From positions 15,438,001 to 15,502,000 of the forward strand of contig CM068757.1 in assembly GCA_035084275.1 (NCBI GenBank): a stretch of DNA of 64,000 bases, in the 5' to 3' direction. Shown here piece by piece: positions 61,501-64,000 of the stretch. Source of the DNA: Hydrolagus colliei (lineage: Eukaryota). The first letter of the stretch is position 1; every line of letters begins with the position of its first letter. The notes beneath the pieces were generated by a model, which did not search any database, was not told where the DNA came from, and saw only the letters and a program-made list of their open reading frames with translations. Position numbers and translations under genes: made by a program.

Positions 61501-64000
61501 TTGTTGGAAAACCTATGGTTGTTGTTGGTGTGTGTGTTGTAGTGGTCGGACTCTCTGTCGTTTCTGTGGGTTCGGATGTACAGATTGTGGTTGTTTCCTC
61601 TGTGCTAGCTGATGTTGTTGGCGGGCCAGGGGTGCTCGTTGTTTTGGGTGTTTTGGATGGTGTAACTGTGGGTGTCCCAGTCGTGCTCAATGATGTTGAT
61701 GGTGGAAACGGCGTCCCTGTACTAACAGATGTTGATGGAGTTGAAGTTGACAATATTGGTGTTTGAGTGGTTGATAAGGTAGATGGAGAAAATGTGCTCT
61801 TGCTGCTTGTTCCTTCAGTTGGTGTAGTGGATGGAGTTCCAATTGTTGTGGTTGGCGTCGAAGTGGTAGGAGTGGTTGTTGTCCTACTTGTTCCTTCTGT
61901 TGGAGTTGTTGGAATGCCTGTGGGTGTTGCTGTTGATATTGTAGTGGTCGAGCTGGGGGGTGGAACCTTTGGTGTTTCTGTGGTTTTGGATGTAGAGATT
62001 GTGGTTGTTTCCTCTGTGCTAGATGATGTTGTTGGTGGGCCAGCGGTGCTTGTTGTTGTGGGTGTTTTGGGTGGTGTAACTGTGGGTGTCCCAGTTGTGG
62101 TTGGGGTCGAAGTAGAAGGAGTGGTTGATGTGCTGCTTGTTCCTTCTGTTGGAGTTGTTGGAATACCTATGGTTGTTGTTTTTGTGTGTGTTGTTGGTGT
62201 GTGTGTCGGACTCTCTGTCGTTTCTGTGGGTTCGGATGTACAGATTGTGGTTGTTTCCTCTGTGCTAGCTGATGTTGTTGGCGGGCCAGGGGTGCTCGTT
62301 GTTTTGGATGGTGTAACTGTGGGTGTCCCAGTCGTGCTCAATGATGTTGATGGTGGAAACGGCGTCCCTGTGCTAACAGATGTTGATTGAGTTGAAGTTG
62401 ACAATGTTGGTGTTTGAGTGGTTGATAAGGTAGATGGAGAAAACGTGCTCTTGCTGCTTGTTCCTTCGATTGGTGCAGTGGATGGAGTTCCAATTGTTGT
62501 GGTTGGGGTTGAAGTGGTAGGAGTGGTTGTTGTCCTACTTGTTCCTTCTGTTGGAGTTGTTGGAATGCCTGTGGGTGTTGTTGGTGTGTGTGTTGAAGTT
62601 GTAGTGGTCGGACTCTCTGTCGTTTCTGTGGTTTTGGATGTAGAGATTGTGGTTGTTTCCTCTGTGCTAGATGATGTTGTTGGTGGACTAGCGGTGCTTG
62701 TTGTTGTGGGTGTTTTGGATGGTGTAACTGTGGGTGTCCCAGTTGTGGTTGGGGTCGAAGTAGAAGGAGTGGTTGATGTGCTGCTTGTTCCTTCTGTTGG
62801 CGTTGTTGGAAAACCTATGGTTGTTGTTGGTGTGTGTGTTGTAGTGGTCAGACTCTCTGTCGTTTCTGTGGGTTCGGATGTACAGATTGTGGTTGTTTCC
62901 TCTGTGCTAGCTGATGTTGTTGGCGGGCCAGGGGTGCTCGTTGTTTTGGGTGTTTTGGATGGTGTAACTGTGGGTGTCCCAGTCGTGCTCAATGATGTTG
63001 ATGGTGGAAACGGCGTCCCTGTGCTAACAGATGTTGATGGAGTTGAAGTTGACAATATTGGTGTTTGAGTGGTTGATAAGGTAGATGGAGAAAATGTGCT
63101 CTTGCTGCTTGTTCCTTCAGTTGGTGTAGTGGATGGAGTTCCAATTGTTGTGGTTGGCGTCGAAGTGGTAGGAGTGGTTGTTGTCCTACTTGTTCCTTCT
63201 GTTGGAGTTGTTGGAATGCCTGTGGGTGTTGCTGTTGATATTGTAGTGGTCGAGCTGGGGGGTGGAACCTTTGGTGTTTCTGTGGTTTTGGATGTAGAGA
63301 TTGTGGTTGTTTCCTCTGTGCTAGATGATGTTGTTGGTGGGCCAGCGGTGCTTGTTGTTGTGGGTGTTTTGGGTGGTGTAACTGTGGGTGTCCCAGTTGT
63401 GGTTGGGGTCGAAGTAGAAGGAGTGGTTGATGTGCTGCTTGTTCCTTCTGTTGGAGTTGTTGGAATACCTATGGTTGTTGTTGGTGTGTGTGTTGTTGGT
63501 GTGTGTGTCGGACTCTCTGTCGTTTCTGTGGGTTCGGATGTACAGATTGTGGTTGTTTCCTCTGTGCTAGCTGATGTTGTTGGCGGGCCAGGGGTGCTCG
63601 TTGTTTTGGATGGTGTAACTGTGGGTGTCCCAGTCGTGCTCAATGATGTTGATGGTGGAAACGGCGTCCCTGTGCTAACAGATGTTGATTGAGTTGAAGT
63701 TGACAATGTTGGTGTTTGAGTGGTTGATAAGGTAGATGGAGAAAACGTGCTCTTGCTGCTTGTTCCTTCGATTGGTGCAGTGGATGGAGTTCCAATTGTT
63801 GTGGTTGGGGTTGAAGTGGTAGGAGTGGTTGTTGTCCTACTTGTTCCTTCTGTTGGAGTTGTTGGAATGCCTGTGGGTGTTGTTGGTGTGTGTGTTGAAG
63901 TTGTAGTGGTCGGACTCTCTGTCGTTTCTGTGGTTTTGGATGTAGAGATTGTGGTTGTTTCCTCTGTGCTAGATGATGTTGTTGGTGGACTCGCGGTGCT
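42920..64000 (-). CDS. MUC2: MUC2-like gel-forming mucin, 3' part: PTS exon plus 18 exons for VWD4, C8, TIL, VWC-like and cystine knot
   Basis: In-frame exons: 57520->64000, 55486-55718, 54882-55056, 53506-53750, 53208-53391, 52416-52641, 51480-51661, 50315-50384, 50133-50224, 49980-50011/50014, 47800-47977, 46733-46837, 45980-46020, 45704-45826, 45130-45228, 44855-44983, 44194-44233, 43465-43585, 42920-43349. MUC2-type motifs CPDFDPPR, NETW..CDC.MATC, TYVLVEEI...NFGVYIDNY, SCPRT, FGNNTQGQCGTCTN..SDDC, REFGESFEF. It lies upstream of a MUC5-like gene in the same orientation, as in the MUC6-MUC2-MUC5AC-MUC5B cluster. Confidence 0.88.
46438..46535 (+). mobile_element. Short dispersed repeat resembling a Penelope-like element terminus (second copy near 48258-48350)
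   Basis: Both copies share TTCTGA...GAAATGTT.ACTCACTT..CTCCATAG.TGCT...CTGCTGA; family assignment is from recall only. Confidence 0.45.
49333..49665 (+). mobile_element. Full-length SINE inserted in an antisense L2 fragment
   Basis: tRNA head, Deu core GCTGTGCGCAATTGGCTGCCGCG, tail GCTATATCAAATGCAAAGATTATT; flanks near 48990-49830 are purine-rich and L2-like. Confidence 0.85.
57520..64000 (-). CDS. Large PTS (mucin domain) exon of the MUC2-like gene
   Basis: >2000-aa Thr/Ser/Pro-rich ORF ending ECFCILNGTVYPQ, with donor G|GTAAAT at 57520. Confidence 0.95.
58740..64000 (-). repeat. Coding tandem repeat: 1302-bp unit made of two alternating 651-bp (217-aa) subunits
   Basis: Homologous positions at 59163, 59814, 60465, 61116, 61767, 62418 and 63069; alternate units are near-identical. 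Confidence 0.96.

Noticed and set aside
57534-63692. Series of hydrophobic Val/Gly-rich plus-strand ORFs of about 210 aa
   Set aside because: Antisense mirror of Thr/Pro/Ser codons; not membrane proteins
42920-64000. Calling gene B MUC6 or MUC5B
   Set aside because: Mammalian MUC6 lacks D4/VWC domains and lies in the opposite orientation. Despite GGSH, the motifs and gene order fit MUC2 better than MUC5B, though a phylogeny is still needed.

Overview
Vertebrate genomic DNA holding two tandem, minus-strand gel-forming mucin genes. The repeat content (Deu-domain tRNA-SINEs, CR1, L2) suggests a cartilaginous fish, possibly a chimaera; this is inference. Gene B (42920 to >64000) is the 3' half of a MUC2-like gene: a PTS exon built from a 651/1302-bp higher-order repeat, then 18 exons for VWD4, C8, VWC-like and CK domains. 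Gene A (31834 to <1) is the 5' half of a MUC5-like gene: TATA promoter, signal peptide, D1-D2-D'-D3, then a central exon with 9 visible CysD domains separated by 8-aa PTTTSTxx repeats. I traced all exons by hand and they splice in frame. I found no wholly new biological system. The most interesting points: the MUC2-like protein has GGSH in place of the autocatalytic GDPH site, lone cysteines every 217 aa in its PTS region, a Cys-to-Trp change and a long post-CK tail. The MUC5-like gene has two CysD types, a GC-AG intron, a candidate 12-nt microexon, and a central-exon acceptor inside the repeat. Most ORFs in the supplied track are antisense shadows or retroelement fragments.
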